DNA of 64,000 nucleotides from Octopus sinensis (taxonomy: Eukaryota): the NCBI RefSeq assembly GCF_006345805.1, contig NC_043002.1, positions 35,836,001 to 35,900,000 on the forward strand. The letters run 5' to 3'. Below are positions 36,995 through 50,835 of this stretch, in pieces. The first letter of the stretch is position 1, and each line of letters opens with the position of its first letter. Made by a program: the position numbers and the translations under genes. The notes beneath the pieces were generated by a model. The model worked only from the letters and a program-made list of their open reading frames with translations, did no database searches and had not been told where the DNA came from.

Positions 36995-38755
36995 GTTCGT
37001 AGGTTAGTACAAAGGACAGTGCTGAGAAGAAGAAAAAGCTAATTACGATAGAATTGAAGAAGGAAATCATTGATAAACCTGAGAGGAGTGCATGTAGTGG
37101 ATATAGCGCGTCAATACGACCGAAGCATGTCGACGATCTGCACCATCCTGAAGAAAACGGATGAAATCAAGGCCGTTACAACAGCAAATGCTGTCTCCAG
37201 GCTCTCTAAGTAACGCACATCTGTTCACGAAAGGATGGAAAAATTGCTTCTCCTGTGGATCAACGAGAAGCAACTCGCAGGGGATACGCTTAAGGAGACT
37301 ATCATCAACGAAAAAGCACGAGCGCTGTATAGGAATCTCCAGAAGCAGAACCCTGGAACATCGACGGAAGAGGCATCAGCAGACGCATTTAAGGCCTGTC
37401 GCGGCTGGTTTGATAATTTCAAGAAGAGGACTGGTGTTCAAAGTGTTGTCAGGCATGGAAAAGCAGCGAGTTCTGTTATTGAGGCAGCTGAAGATTTCGT
37501 GCGTGAATTCCGTCAGCTCATCGCAACCGAGGGGGTACATCGCACAGCAGGTATTCAATTGTGATGAAACTGGCCTTTTTTTGGATAAATATGCCCAGAA
37601 GAACCTGCATAACTGTAAGGGAGAATAAAATGCCAGGCCACAAGCCTATGTAGGATAGGCTAACTCTCGTCTTTTGTGCCAATGCGAGTGGAGACTTGGA
37701 GATTAAACCGCTCCTTGTCTATCATTCCGAAAACCCACGAGCGTTCAACTCACACAAAATCTTGAAGGAGAAGCTGCAGGTCATGTGGAAGGCAAACGTT
37801 AAAGCCTGGGTCACCAGGCAACTCTTCTCCGAGTGGGTCAACCTTGTCTTCGGACCAGCAGTGAAAAAAGTACCTTCTGGAGAACAGTCTTCCTCTCAAG
37901 GGCCTCCTCGTCCTCGACAATGTTCCTGCTCACCCCACCCTAACCTCAAAGATGATATCCTGGACGAATTTAAATTTACAAAAGCTATGTACCTTTCACT
38001 CAACACAATCCCTATTTCGCAGCCCATGGACCAATAGGTGATTTCTAATTTTAAGAAATTGTACACCAAACACCTGTTTCGTCGGTGCTTTGAACTGACC
38101 GAAAATACAAATTTAACCCTTCGTGACTTTTAGAAGGAGCACTACAACATTGTAAACTGCTTGAAAATCATTGATATGGCCTGACAGGTTGTAACGAGGA
38201 GAATGTTGAATTCTGCACTGAGGAAACTGTGGCCTGACTGCGTATCTGAAAGATACTTTGAGGTGTTTGAGACTGAGACACCTGTAGTCGAGGAGATAGT
38301 GTCTCTTGGCAAGTCCATGGGCCTTGAGGTTGATGATGGGGACATTAACGATCTCGTCGAGGAACACTGGAAGGAACTGACGAAAAGATGAACTTCTGCA
38401 GCTTCAAGAGCAGCAGCATTCGGAAGCAGGAGAAGAGATTGATTTTCTGGAGGAGGACAGTATAGCGGAGAATGCTATCTCTACGAGTGACATAAAGGCA
38501 GTGTTGGCAAAGTGGCAGAATGTTTCTGAATTTGTAGAAAAATATCATCCTGAAAAAGTAGCTGCAGGTCTTACAGCTGCTTTATTTAATGACACTGCTA
38601 TGACACATTTTCGTAACATTTTGAAAGGCAGGAAAAAGCAAACTTCTCTTGATATGTTTCTAATGAAACGACCTGCAAGTGTAAAAAGTGAAGAAAGTGT
38701 GTCCAAAAAGCCTAAATTAACGGAGAGAGAAAACGCCAGAAATTGTTCTTCCTGA
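36995..38755 (+). pseudogene. Tigger transposase remnant (HTH-psq, CENP-B HTH, DDE_1)
   Basis: KKKLITIELKKEII; MEKLLLLWINEKQLAGD...FKACRGWFDNFKKR; QQVFNCDETGLF; KPLLVYHSENPRAF...WKANVKAWVTRQLFSEWV; several frameshifts and stops. Confidence 0.9.
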
Positions 38756-38819
38756 AAATGGTAAGAGATTCTTCTTCCAAACAGTAACCCCTCCCCTCGC
38801 TCTACCATCTTCCACGCGC

Positions 38820-39195
38820 ACGAATTCTTTTCTGCTCTAGGCACAAGGCCCGAAATTTTGGGTGAATGAGCCAGTCGATTATATCGATTGCAGTACGCAA
38901 CTGGTACTTAATTTATAGACCCCGAAAGGACGAAAGGCAAATTTGAACTCAGAACATAAAGACAGACGAAATACCTATTTCTTTACTACCCACAAGGGGT
39001 TAAACACAGGAAGGACGAACAAGGACAGACAAACGGATTAAGTCGATTATATCGACCTCAGTGCGTAACTGGTACTTATTTAATCGACCCCGAAAGGATG
39101 AAAGGCAAAGTCGACCTCGGCGGAATTTGAACTCAGAACGTAACGGCAGACGAAATACGGCTACGCATTTCGCTCGGCGTGCTAACGATTCTGCC
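38820..39195 (-). mobile_element. Two adjacent SINE family B copies inserted in the Tigger 3' region
   Basis: 38820-38975 partial, 38970-39195 near intact and nearly identical to 14578-14813. Confidence 0.82.
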
Positions 39196-39479
39196 TGCTC
39201 GCCGCCTTTCCACGCGCATATTTGTCCCATTTTAAAGATAATTCAGTTAATAAAACCAGCTTACATATTTCTTTTGCATTCTCTTTCTTATAGTTGTCAT
39301 TTTATTTGTAACTACATTTTTTCTGTTTTAAAACCCATAAAATAAAAATAAAAATAATTATTTTGGGGCCTTTACTGAGGGCTGGAACGGATTAATTATA
39401 TTTTAGTTAATTTCAATGGGGAAAAGTTGATTTGTAAAACAAGCTCGGTCATGGAACGAATTAAACTCGTACTGCGAGG

Positions 39480-39510
<31 letters not shown>

Positions 39511-40548
39511 TGTAGAGACACCAGGCGTATTAAGAATACTGTCTGATATACTTTCGTCGCATGAAACTAATAGTAGCACATAAAAACATATATTGTGTTT
39601 ATTAACTCATTCACACACACATATACATACATGAAATGTTAATATTTCCATACACGTACATGTGAACGTGTTAGAAAAGAAAATAAAAAAAAAATACATT
39701 CAACGTATGTGTGCATGACATTTCGAAGAGATGGAACTTCGAAGTTACTGTATAACAACAACAACAACAACAAAATGAAGCAAAAGAAAACCTCAGTTAT
39801 ATTACAAGATATTAAGACGGTAGAATATCCCAAGAAAAGTAAAGAAAACGACAGCAATAGACCAATAGATAAGAGAGAATTAAAAGAGTGCTATATAGTT
39901 AACTAGAGTAGAAGGAAAAACCAGAGAAATTCGAGATACATGAAGTAAGAAGCAGATAACAGTGAGTGGGATTGGTAGAGTGAGAGGAGCGCCAGCAGCA
40001 GCAGCAGGAGTTAACAGCGCCGCCTAATGTCAAAATTTGATTGGCTAAGCGACAGACATGTAAAGCACTAGCAGACAGTAATATATTCATTAGTGTATGA
40101 GATCGCTACCTCTATAGTAGGTTGTATTTATGTATATATAATATATATGCATTTATGTAAAAGGTTTTATATAGATAAAGCTTTCATTCAGATACAGTGA
40201 TTTAATAATACGTTTCTATATGTAAATATACATCCCATTATTTATATATACATAGAAAGAGAGATATAGACAAAAAGATCTTTATATATACGTATGTGTG
40301 TGTGTTAAAACAAGACGAACTGAAATATATTATTATGTATAAAGATAATATGACTTAAATTAAGCCACTCTATACAGCCTAAATAACACACAATAGCCAG
40401 TAACTCATTATTTTCTTATTTTTGATGTTTAATGGTCAACTACTATAAAAGAAGAGAAAACAACATATTAAACAAGATCGAACGAATAACAAGAATAACA
40501 AAAGTTCCATTGATAATCCATATCAAGTGAAGTGATAATTATATATAT

Positions 40549-40614
<66 letters not shown>

Positions 40615-41796
40615 TAGTTTCTTTTACTAAGCACAGAACAGAATTTGAAATGTTTAATCTTATTTCTTTTATATAAGACACTCTTTTGAAGTAACACGTT
40701 TTATAACAAAACGTCAAAGTATTAATAATCACTTACACCTAAGAAGATGTGTTATATTTGTTGCATAAAAACGAACAATCATTTAAGACATAGAATCAGT
40801 GATTCAAAACAAGAGCATTGCAAGAAACAAGATTTGATTCATTGTTAATGAACACCGGACCACGGAGATATTGTTTAATTATATTATTTTAATTATTAAT
40901 TGGATTTAGGCCAAATTACAAGAGTAAGAGAAGGAGGGAGAGAGGAAACAAAAAAAGCACACCTGAAACTTAACGAGAAGGTATGTGGAATTCAATATGG
41001 CTGTGTGTATGTGTGTGTGTTTCTGTATGTGTGTGTGTATGTGTGTGGGCTAGTCTTACATTATATATATATATATATATAATGTATGTATATATATATA
41101 TATGTATATATATATATGTATGTATATATATATATGTATGTATAATATATATATATATATAATATATATATATATATATACACACACATACATATATATA
41201 TATACACACACATACATATACACACACACACACGCTTATCTTACCTTTTCTTTTGCTCCGTATGCGAAGTATGTTTATAGTTGTAGTTATGTGTGTGTTT
41301 ATATCTATATGTGTGTGTGTGTGTGTATTCGGGGTTCACTATTAAAGGATGGCAAACTGCTGGATATCCTAGTTAACCCCAATCTATAGTTGTCGTTTTT
41401 GTTTGTTTTCATTGATTTAGCAACCTTGTTTCTTTAATAAATCGGTTTGTTGTTTGTGATTGTAATGTTAGTGGTTGTTGATGATCGCGTGTGTGGCTGT
41501 TGATGTCTTCTTCACTATCACCGATAGATAATTCTTTCATTCAGAGCGATGGACACAGACATTAACCCTTTCGAATCATGTCTATTTGCCCCCCTCCTTC
41601 CGTCTCTTTACATATATATATATTACACACATACATTATCTTTCTCTCTTTCGTGTGCGTGTGTAAATATACACACATGTAATCTGTCTTTAGTTTTACA
41701 TGTCTCGTTACATTTCTGTTGTACATTTAATTCTTCTCTCTCCCTCTCCATGTGTATATATATTATATATATATATATATATTATACATATATATA

Positions 41797-41873
<77 letters not shown>

Positions 41874-43963
41874 GAAAGAGAGAGTGTTCTGTTAAATCAG
41901 CCGGCTTCATCCACCATATCCTTTAAATACGAATGCTATAAGGACTTAATCATGTTTTATGTCAAAAGAATAAATAGTTTAAATATACATCCGTCCTGTA
42001 AGTTGTGCCTATATATTTGAACGTGTCACTGTTAACTCTTTCACTACAATCTATTCGCCACGTATGAACATGTCTGAGATATGATTCGCAAACTCTGTCG
42101 AATATCTTTTGCAGCATGAGAAGGTTCTACTAGCACTGATTTGGTTCCGTTATATAGCTTCTTCATGGCAATACACGAAGTCCCATACCTCATGGTAGAA
42201 CAGAAAGGGGTATGGAAGTAGTGGAGGTGCCAGAAATGAAAATAAATAAAAAATAGAGAAAATAATCTTCTAGGCATCATGATTTCAGTTGTATAAAACA
42301 CGGGAATACTTGAAACAAAAACATAATGAAAACTCCCTCTTCCTTTGTGGCATGGAACTTCGAAGGACAACTATTCTAAAGCTATATATACATACACGTG
42401 TATCGATATACAGATGTCTGGGTTTGTATATAATCACTTACCCAAGGCTGATCAGTATTACATGCGTGTATATACACTTATTTGGTGTATAATGACAAAT
42501 TTTTCTAATTATTCTATCTTATTCGATTTCAGTGCACACCTCCTCATTATATGTAACCTGTCCGCTCATCACTGTCCTTGCGGCAAATAAAATAAATCAT
42601 TATTTCCAATTATATATGTATATATATACAGACACACACATAGATAAGGATGTATGTATATTATATACATATATATAATTTAATGTACACAGTGTAACAG
42701 TATACAGATACAAACTATTTGTAGTTTCATGCATTGGAGACCCGAGTCCAAGCAGGTTTTTAAGCATGGAACTATTAGTAGCTTGTATCTTTATATTGTG
42801 TACATAAATATCTTTATTTATCGCTCACTGGGTGGAATACTTTGTTTTGTTGATCTTACCTGAACGGAACAGATATACACACTTATATATATAATAGTGT
42901 AGGGCCTGATAGGGTAGAAATCGGTATATTTCTTATGCAGTACTCAACACGAACTTTGGGCTATCTACACTCTTACTTCGGAACTTGAGCAAAATTCAAG
43001 GTTCACTGGTGCAAAATCTCCAGGTGCCTCATTTGTTAAAGGCAGTAATTATTACGAAGATTAACATATACAAGTAAGAATAGTGATGAAGGAATTTGTT
43101 TTTGTATAAGCGACTATATGCTTTCTTCGTATCCTTATTCGTATAATATAGACATACATATATATATATATTTATACATACATACATTTACACACACACA
43201 CATATATATATATACATACATATATATATATACATATCTATATAGATATATATCTATACACATACATATATAAATAAACATATATGTCTATACACAGATA
43301 TATATACATATATCTACATATGTATGTATATAAATATACGTGTATATATATATATATACATACATATATATATATACACACACACACACATAAAGATACA
43401 TATGTACATACATATAAACGTGTATATATAATGAATACACACACATATATGTATACATACATACGCATAACTAGGGACAATGCCCATACATATATACAGG
43501 AGTTATAATAATCGAGACTGTTTGGTCCTTCACAGATTTTGTGTTCGAATCTTGACTGGTCAACATTTATCCCTTTCTGGGGTTGATAAATAAAGAACAT
43601 TGTAGCTCTCCCTCACAGCTTTTCCTTCCGAAATAAATAATAGAGAAAGAAAAAGAAGCCAGTGTTATCCGTGATGTCTTGTTAAAAATCTTGTTTGCTG
43701 ATGTAGTAGTAGTTGTCACGGCTATTTGGGTCCCAGTTCAGAGACAGTCGAATTTATAAAAGATATTAGCTATGTTTCAGGTTGATGCAAGGCATTTGTG
43801 GGAGGGGGAGGAACATCATCATCATCATCATCAAGTCATCAATATCACAGATTTAATATAATGTTGCCTTTCTAACAAGTTTCATGTTGATTTCCCCAAC
43901 TATACGCGTCTTGTATTTCATACACGCATGTGTGCGTCAACACTACTGTGGGGGTACGTGTGA

Positions 43964-44008
<45 letters not shown>

Positions 44009-44279
44009 TACATGTGTGTATGTAATATATGCATCCAACGACCTAGCTAGCAAGCGGCCAACCAACCAACCAACCAACCAGTCAGTCAGTCAGTCTGGGT
44101 TTGTGTGACTACTTATTACACATACATACACAGAGGCAGCCGTATGATTTGTAGCATGTGTACATGTCGCTTCGACCAATTCATTCAATAGTTGAGACTT
44201 CGGTCACGAGGGTAAAAATTGTCAAGTCGGCTGCTGCATGCGTTCCTCTTCCTTCTACTCATCTGGATCTCTTATATAA

Positions 44280-45170
44280 ACACACACATACACACTCCCT
44301 CTCTGTCTCTTTCTCTCTCCCTTTCTCTTTCCTCCCACATTTTAACTCTCTTATGACTATTATTGTCTTTTCAACCTCTCTGTCTCTCTCTCTTTTTTTT
44401 TTTACTTTTTCACTCATACATTCCCTTCTTCTCTCTTTCGTGTCTAATCTACTTGCTCCCTCTCATATTCTTTTATTCTCTCTCTTCATATAATTTTTTT
44501 TTTGCACAATCTTGCCTCCCTGTTTCTTCTTTCCACCCGTATTTCTTGCACATTCCTTTTCTTTGAATCTCTTTGTTTATTCTCACATCTACCTTTATTC
44601 TTTCTTGATCTTTCTTTCTCAATCGTCTTCTATATTTCGATTGCCTCTCTCATCTCCCTCAATACTATTTCCATTTTACACTTTCTCTCTCATTTTTTTT
44701 TTGCCTTATGCTCCTTGATATTTGTTCTGCCAATCTTATTATCTTTCTCTCTCTCTCACACACACACACATACATACATTTTCTTTCTTTTTCATATTAC
44801 CACTCTATCTCCTATTTTGTTTTTCTTTACCCCCTTTAATAATTTTATCATGTAATTTCCATACTTTATGCCTATTGTTCTCTCTTTAAGCATTCACTTA
44901 AACCTCATTAACTCTTTCCTCTTAATGCTTTAATATGTTATATCTATACAATCTTACATCCTCTTGCTCTCATTCTTTCCTCAACTCTTTACCCCTTCAC
45001 TGAAACCCAGTCTTTCTTCATAATATCCATCGTTACACTGTTACCTCTCTCTCCACTTCCTTTGCTTCATTTTTTCTTTCTCTACAGTCACTTGAATCTC
45101 TCTCCAGCCTCCACTTCCTCTGCTAATTCTCCTTCCTGCCACAAACTTGATTCTTGTACGCCCCCTTCCT
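44280..45170. repeat. CT-rich low-complexity tract
   Basis: Strongly pyrimidine-biased + strand; ORFs here are compositional artefacts. Confidence 0.8.
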
Positions 45171-46164
45171 CCCTCTTTATTTATCATTGTAAATAAATTT
45201 ACCACAAATTATAAACAAACGCGCAAGTCACTTCAATAAAACATGTTTGATGTCGGTGCTGTCCATATTATTTCGTAATGTGTTCTTTACTTTTAAATAT
45301 CAAATCCGATTCCTTGTAGGCGATCCTCTCTATAGCACTACACACACAGCTTGTTGAAAGGCTTAGCAAATGAAAGTACTCAATAAAACACGCGTGCTTT
45401 TAATGTACAAAATAAGATAAATACATCCTTGAATATATTTATTCCCACGATGGTAGTGGTTCATGGAGTCGCTGCTACTTGGGAGTTTCGTGTTCGATGT
45501 TGATGTGATCCTTTAAACAAGGTTGAGTAGGATTGCTTTGAGTGAAAAATTCCTTAGTGACACAGTGAAGTACCAGTTTCATACAAGTATATATTAAAAA
45601 AAATATTGAATACGGCCATACATACTAAGGGACGTGTGTGTACATGTAATAAATGAATACATGCACTCTTTTAATCTCAGACTGATTTGTCATTCAAAAA
45701 AAACGATAATGCTGGGGATATACCCTTACATGACTCAATTCTCTGGTACAAATTTTATCTACCTCCAAGGGAGATAAAGACGGATTTATAAAGATAGCCT
45801 AAAGGGGCATAACCGGAGAAGGACGAAATACTACAAGGTACTTTTGTTCGACACTACTTTTTTAATCTCATACCAATGTGATGATTTGTTAATAGGTATA
45901 AGTATAATACTTTAAGTGAGTGTATGTGTACAAAGACTCCCACATGTGTATGTGTATTTATAAATAATATATATATGTTACAAACAAATAAAATATGCAT
46001 GTAATATATATGTATAAAATACATATATATATATATATATATATAAATCAAATGTTTGTATGTGTACTAATAAATAAAATATACATTTAATATGCTTTAT
46101 ATATGATTGTGTATGTGTGTGTGTATATATATATGTATATATATATATATTTGAAATCATTGTT

Positions 46165-46520
46165 TTTACCATCCACTTTTCCATGCTTGCATGAGTTTGA
46201 CTGAATTCATTGAGGCAGATATTCTCTAATTAGATGACTTTCCTGTTACCAACCCTCACCTGTATCTGTGCAATAGCTGAACATTTTTACAGAAGGCTGG
46301 AAACAAGGGACACCACTTTGATATCAGTGAAGCTTGTTTACACTCACATACATTGTGAGGAGTATCATTCGGTTTTCACCTACCAAATCCACATACAGAG
46401 CTTTGGTTGTCTCAGAACTATAGTAGAAAGCACACATGTCCAAATACCCAGCATTGGAATTGACCTCAAAGCTATGTAATTGGGAAGCAACATGCTTAAC
46501 CAACATGAACCTGCTTTATT
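46165..46520 (-). mobile_element. Retroposon remnants: (GAT)-tailed element end followed by the head of SINE family A
   Basis: catccacttttccatgcttgcatg...gaggcagatattct matches 62480-62600 reversed; ttcacctaccaaatccac...ctatagtagaaag matches SINE A. Confidence 0.55.
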
Positions 46521-46772
46521 CTCTCCTTCTTTTACACTTTAACTGCTCATCCCCTAGCATAAAGCTGACCTTGTCTCATCTCTCTTGAGATTCATAGTTC
46601 TGAAAGCTGCATGGCAACCTTAATAACACTGGTTGCATGAAAAAATCACCCAGTACACGCTGTAAACTGGTTGATTTTAGGAAGATCATCTGACTGTAGA
46701 AACCATGCCAAAGTAGACATTGGAGCACAATGAATCTTTGAACTTATCAAACCATCCAACTCATGTTTTTAT

Positions 46773-46806
<34 letters not shown>

Positions 46807-46809
46807 GAT

Positions 46810-47260
46810 TCAGAAGTCCCTTTAGCATTTAAATGATCCGTGCAAGTGGCACTTAAAAGGCACCATTCGAGCGTGATCGTTACCAGCGTTGCCTTAAAGA
46901 ACACCATCCGAGCGTGATCGTTGCCGGAGTGGCTATCTGACCTCCGTGCTGGTGGCATGTAAAAGACACCATTCGAGCATGATCATTACCAGCATCGCCT
47001 TACTGGCACCTATGCCGGTGGCATGTGTAAAAGATTCGAGCGAGGTCATTGCTAGTACTGCCTCACTGACCCCGTGCCGGTGGCACGTAAAAGCACCCAC
47101 TACACTCTTGGAGTGGTTGGCATTAGGAAGGGCATCCAGCTATAGAAACTCTGCCAGTTCAAGATTGAAGCCTGGTGCAGCCATCTGGTTCGCCAGCCCT
47201 CAGTCATTCGTCCAACCCATGCTAGCATGGAAAGCGGATGTTAAACGATGACGATGATGA
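46810..47260 (+). mobile_element. RTE LINE 3' UTR copy, 5' truncated, with (GAT)n tail
   Basis: Tandem aaaag.caccattcgagc units, gtggttggcattaggaagggcatccagc, cccatgctagcatggaaagcggatgttaaacgatgacgatgatg; same sequence follows the RTE ORF end at 50335. Confidence 0.75.
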
Positions 47261-47569
47261 TTAATTTAAAAAACTAAAGTGACTTTCTTTTGTGTGTGCA
47301 TTCATAAATATTTGTGTTTATAGTAATTATTTGAATTGAAAATGAGTGCAAGAGAAAATGAAAATATACATGATTTGGTAATGGTCATTGCAAATGTTAG
47401 AATAACAGAAAATTGACATCTGTTTAAGTAAAGGTGAAATCTTCTTGTTTCTTGCTCCATGTTAATAGTTCTTGGCATATCTTCAAAGTTGCTCTCTTAA
47501 CTGACATAAACACATTCTATATTTACAAATATTCAAGGTTGTTTACTACACATACATAATATGGTAATG

Positions 47570-47945
47570 ATGATGGCTGTCCACTTGTGACCAAAGAAGG
47601 CCATCACTGACTATTGCATGAGATGACTAATGCCCATGCATGAGATTATTGCACCAGCAACCAGCTTCACTCAGGTTTGTGTCTGCAGCCTCCGTGCTCG
47701 CTGTGATGTCCTACTTGACTGCGTTTTGAATAGTCACTTCATTGGCAACTGCATAATCAAAAATTTTAGGTCCAATAAGGCTTGCACAGCACATCACAGA
47801 TCCTCTCTACCCTACTGACATGATTTAGAGACAGGCCAGGCTAAGAAATCCAGTGCCAGTATGGGTCACAGTCTTAGGAATGTGGGAGCATCATGATCTC
47901 AAGAACAAGGAAAAGCTCCCCAAAATGTTCAGTACCACTCCCTTC
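47570..47945. repeat. Dispersed repeat family G, second copy
   Basis: Collinear with 30040-30418. Confidence 0.78.
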
Positions 47946-48877
47946 ATATTTGGTTTTATATCAGAGCCATCTTATAAAGAAATGCTTTCACAAAGCTAAG
48001 CAGTGCCTCATACACATTGGATTGACACAACCCAGAATATCTGAGGTCTGTTCTATTGTTAGGTTCATTTGTCTGGTTGCTTGTGAGACTTCTCATGAGT
48101 GCTACAGGTAACATGGCATTCTGTACAACCTGTTGCATAGTCAGGTTGTTAGTGACTAAACCAGCACCCCCACTAGGCTTGTCTGTTGAGGAAGGTTGCT
48201 AAGTACCCAGCAGGACTAAAAACAAAACATATATACATACTTACACACATACATACATGTGTATGTGTATATATATACACACACACACTGGTGCAAAAAT
48301 TATATATGCAATACTCACATGCTTATTATGGCATAGACACACACACATATACTCTCTCTCTCTCTCAAATGCACACATGTATATATTAAATGCCACAAGA
48401 TGAATTTTCAATTCATGGAAATTACCTACTTTTTGAGAGAAGGCGAACAAATGCCTGATGGTAAATGCAGTCAACTTTAAATGAGAAGTGGAGAATTGGA
48501 GATAATCTCTAGAGTCTCAAGACAGTCAGATCCAACCTGGGACCTTGTGGCTGTAAAGTAAATTATCATTCTATGTTGTATTCACTTATACACATACAAA
48601 CAGACCTATAGGCACACACACACACTATTAGTTTTAGTCTACAGACTGCAGTTATGCGGGGGCACTGCCTTAAAGGGTTTAGTTGAACAAAATGATCCCA
48701 GTACTTACTTTTCTCTGGTCTGGTACTTTTTCAATTTCTTTTGCCATACTGCTAAGTTCTAGAATGTAAACAAACTTACACAAGTTGTTAGAAGTGGTTG
48801 GGGAATAAACAAACTCAAGAAAACACACTTAGATACATTACATAATACATACATACATCTGTGCATGTATATATGCA

Positions 48878-48970
<93 letters not shown>

Positions 48971-49034
48971 CTATATCTATCTGTCTATGTATGCATGCAT
49001 GTATGTTTGTATATATATATATATATATATATGG

Positions 49035-49307
<273 letters not shown>

Positions 49308-49507
49308 TATATGTATGTATATATATATATGTATGTATATATATATATATGTATGTATATATATATATGTATGTATATATATATGTATATATATGTATAT
49401 ATATGTATGTATATATATATATGTATATATATATGTGTGTGTATGTATATATATATATGTATATATATATGTGTGTGTATGTATATATATATATATATAT
49501 ATATATG

Positions 49508-49880
49508 CTTGACCACTAAATCCACAAGTTTATTCTCTGTTTATTTTCTCTTATTCCTTTCAGTTGAAGAGCATAGGCTCAAAACCTAAAAGACTTTTTT
49601 CACTTTTCCTGAGCTTCAAACTAATACACCTGCTGTTGTTTATACACTTGTCTTTGTCTTTTGTTTTTCTATAAATTTCAACTATGTGATTGATCGCTAG
49701 CCACTAAACCTTTTATATTTTCTCTCTCTGCTTATTTCTGTGTTCATTCCTGTTGAAGAGCATAGGCTCGAAATGTAAAAGACTTTCACTTCTGTTCTCT
49801 CAGTGAGACACTTCTCACTTCAGAAACATCTGTTTCTTGTTTACACACCCGTCTTCGTCTTTTGTTTTTTTGTAAATTCC

Positions 49881-49890
<10 letters not shown>
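49508..49890 (+). mobile_element. Tandem pair of about 190-nt Penelope-LTR-like units, each with a hammerhead-like motif
   Basis: Both units contain ccactaaa, gttgaagagcataggctc.aaa..taaaagacttt and gtcttttgttttt.t.taaatt.caactat; offset 189 nt. Confidence 0.7.
49745..49783 (+). ncRNA. Candidate minimal type-I hammerhead ribozyme, variant core CUGUUGA
   Basis: CTGTTGA-A-GAGC-ATAG-GCTC-GAAA-TGTA: 4-bp helix II with tetraloop, GAAA, minimal helix III and GUA triplet; A6 replaced by U; helix I imperfect in this copy. Confidence 0.4.
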
Positions 49891-49922
<32 letters not shown>

Positions 49923-50004
49923 ATTGTGTGTGTGTGTGGTGTATATATATATATATATAATATGTATGTATGTATCCTTTCTACTATAGACACAAGGCCT
50001 TTGT

Positions 50005-50172
50005 GCAGAGGGGACTAATCAATTTCATCAATTCCAGTGTTCAATTGGTACTTATTTTATCAACCCTGAAAGGATAAAAGACAAAGCTGACCTCAGTGGA
50101 ATATGAAATCAGATAGTAGAGACAGACAAAAACTGCTAAGCACTTTGTCTGGTATTCTATTGATTCTGCAAG
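50005..50172 (-). mobile_element. SINE family B copy, CpG-decayed
   Basis: tcaaccctgaaaggataaaagacaaagctgacctcagtggaa versus intact tcgaccccgaaaggatgaaaggcaaagtcgacctcggcggaa. Confidence 0.78.
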
Positions 50173-50334
50173 GCTTCCACACAGTTTCCATCAACCAAAT
50201 TTACTTATATGGTATTGACTGGTTCAGGGCTCTAGAATAAGACACTTGCCTAAGGTATAGTGCAGTGGACAGAACCTGAAACCATGTGCTTCCAAAATGC
50301 CTGCACCTAATTATCCAAAATTATCAAAATTATT

Positions 50335-50835
50335 ATGAAGTAGTGAAGAATGACCTCAGGACACTGAACCTTTCAGACAAGACGGTAAAGGACTCGGATG
50401 CCTGGTACCTTGCTGTACTCAAGACTCATACTCCACAGCAGAAGTGTTAATTTAAATCCAGTCCCCCTAGTGGAGAGAATTGACCTGCAAGAGCCCTGTG
50501 CTGGTGCCACACAAAAAAGCACTCGTGTTGGTGCTATGTAAAAGTGCCCCTGCAGTACCATGTAAAAACGCCAGTGCAGTGCCACATAAAAGTTCTTGTG
50601 TGGTGCCATGTAAAAGCACCTGCGCAATGTCATATAAAAGCACCCGTGCAGTGTCATATAAAAGCACTCTGCATACTCTGTAAAGTGGTTGGCATTAGAA
50701 AGGGCATCCAGTCATAGAAACCACACTGAATCAGATTGGAGCCTGGTAGCTCACCAGCTTGCCAACTCTGGTTGGACCATTCAGCACATGCCAGTATGGA
50801 CAACGGATGTTAAATGATGATGATGATGATGATTA
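50335..50835 (+). mobile_element. RTE LINE 3' end: ORF terminus, 3' UTR with about 23-bp tandem units, and (GAT)n tail
   Basis: EVVKNDLRTLNLSDKTVKDSDAWYLAVLKT resembles the RTE terminal ..DR..W motif; about seven gtgc.gtgccatgtaaaagcac units; tail gttaaatgatgatgatgatgatgat. Confidence 0.75.

Larger units (their letters stand above)
36694..39486 (+). mobile_element. pogo/Tigger-type DNA transposon, near full length
   Basis: TIR core acctcgcagtacgagt (36707-36722) and its reverse complement (39465-39480); both ends in (TA)n; transposase remnant inside. Confidence 0.88.

Noticed and set aside
42520-42600. Possible terminal exon with stop and AATAAA (SAHLLIICNLSAHHCPCGK*)
   Set aside because: No linkable upstream exon or recognisable homology; AATAAA is common in this AT-rich DNA.
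48063-48107. 45-nt exon candidate (GSFVWLLVRLLMSATG) with a good donor
   Set aside because: It abuts and partly resembles repeat family D (cf. 61290-61480), so the splice signals are probably incidental.
50490-50680. CRISPR-like spaced repeats
   Set aside because: Contiguous tandem units without unique spacers, inside an RTE 3' UTR of a eukaryotic genome, with no cas genes.
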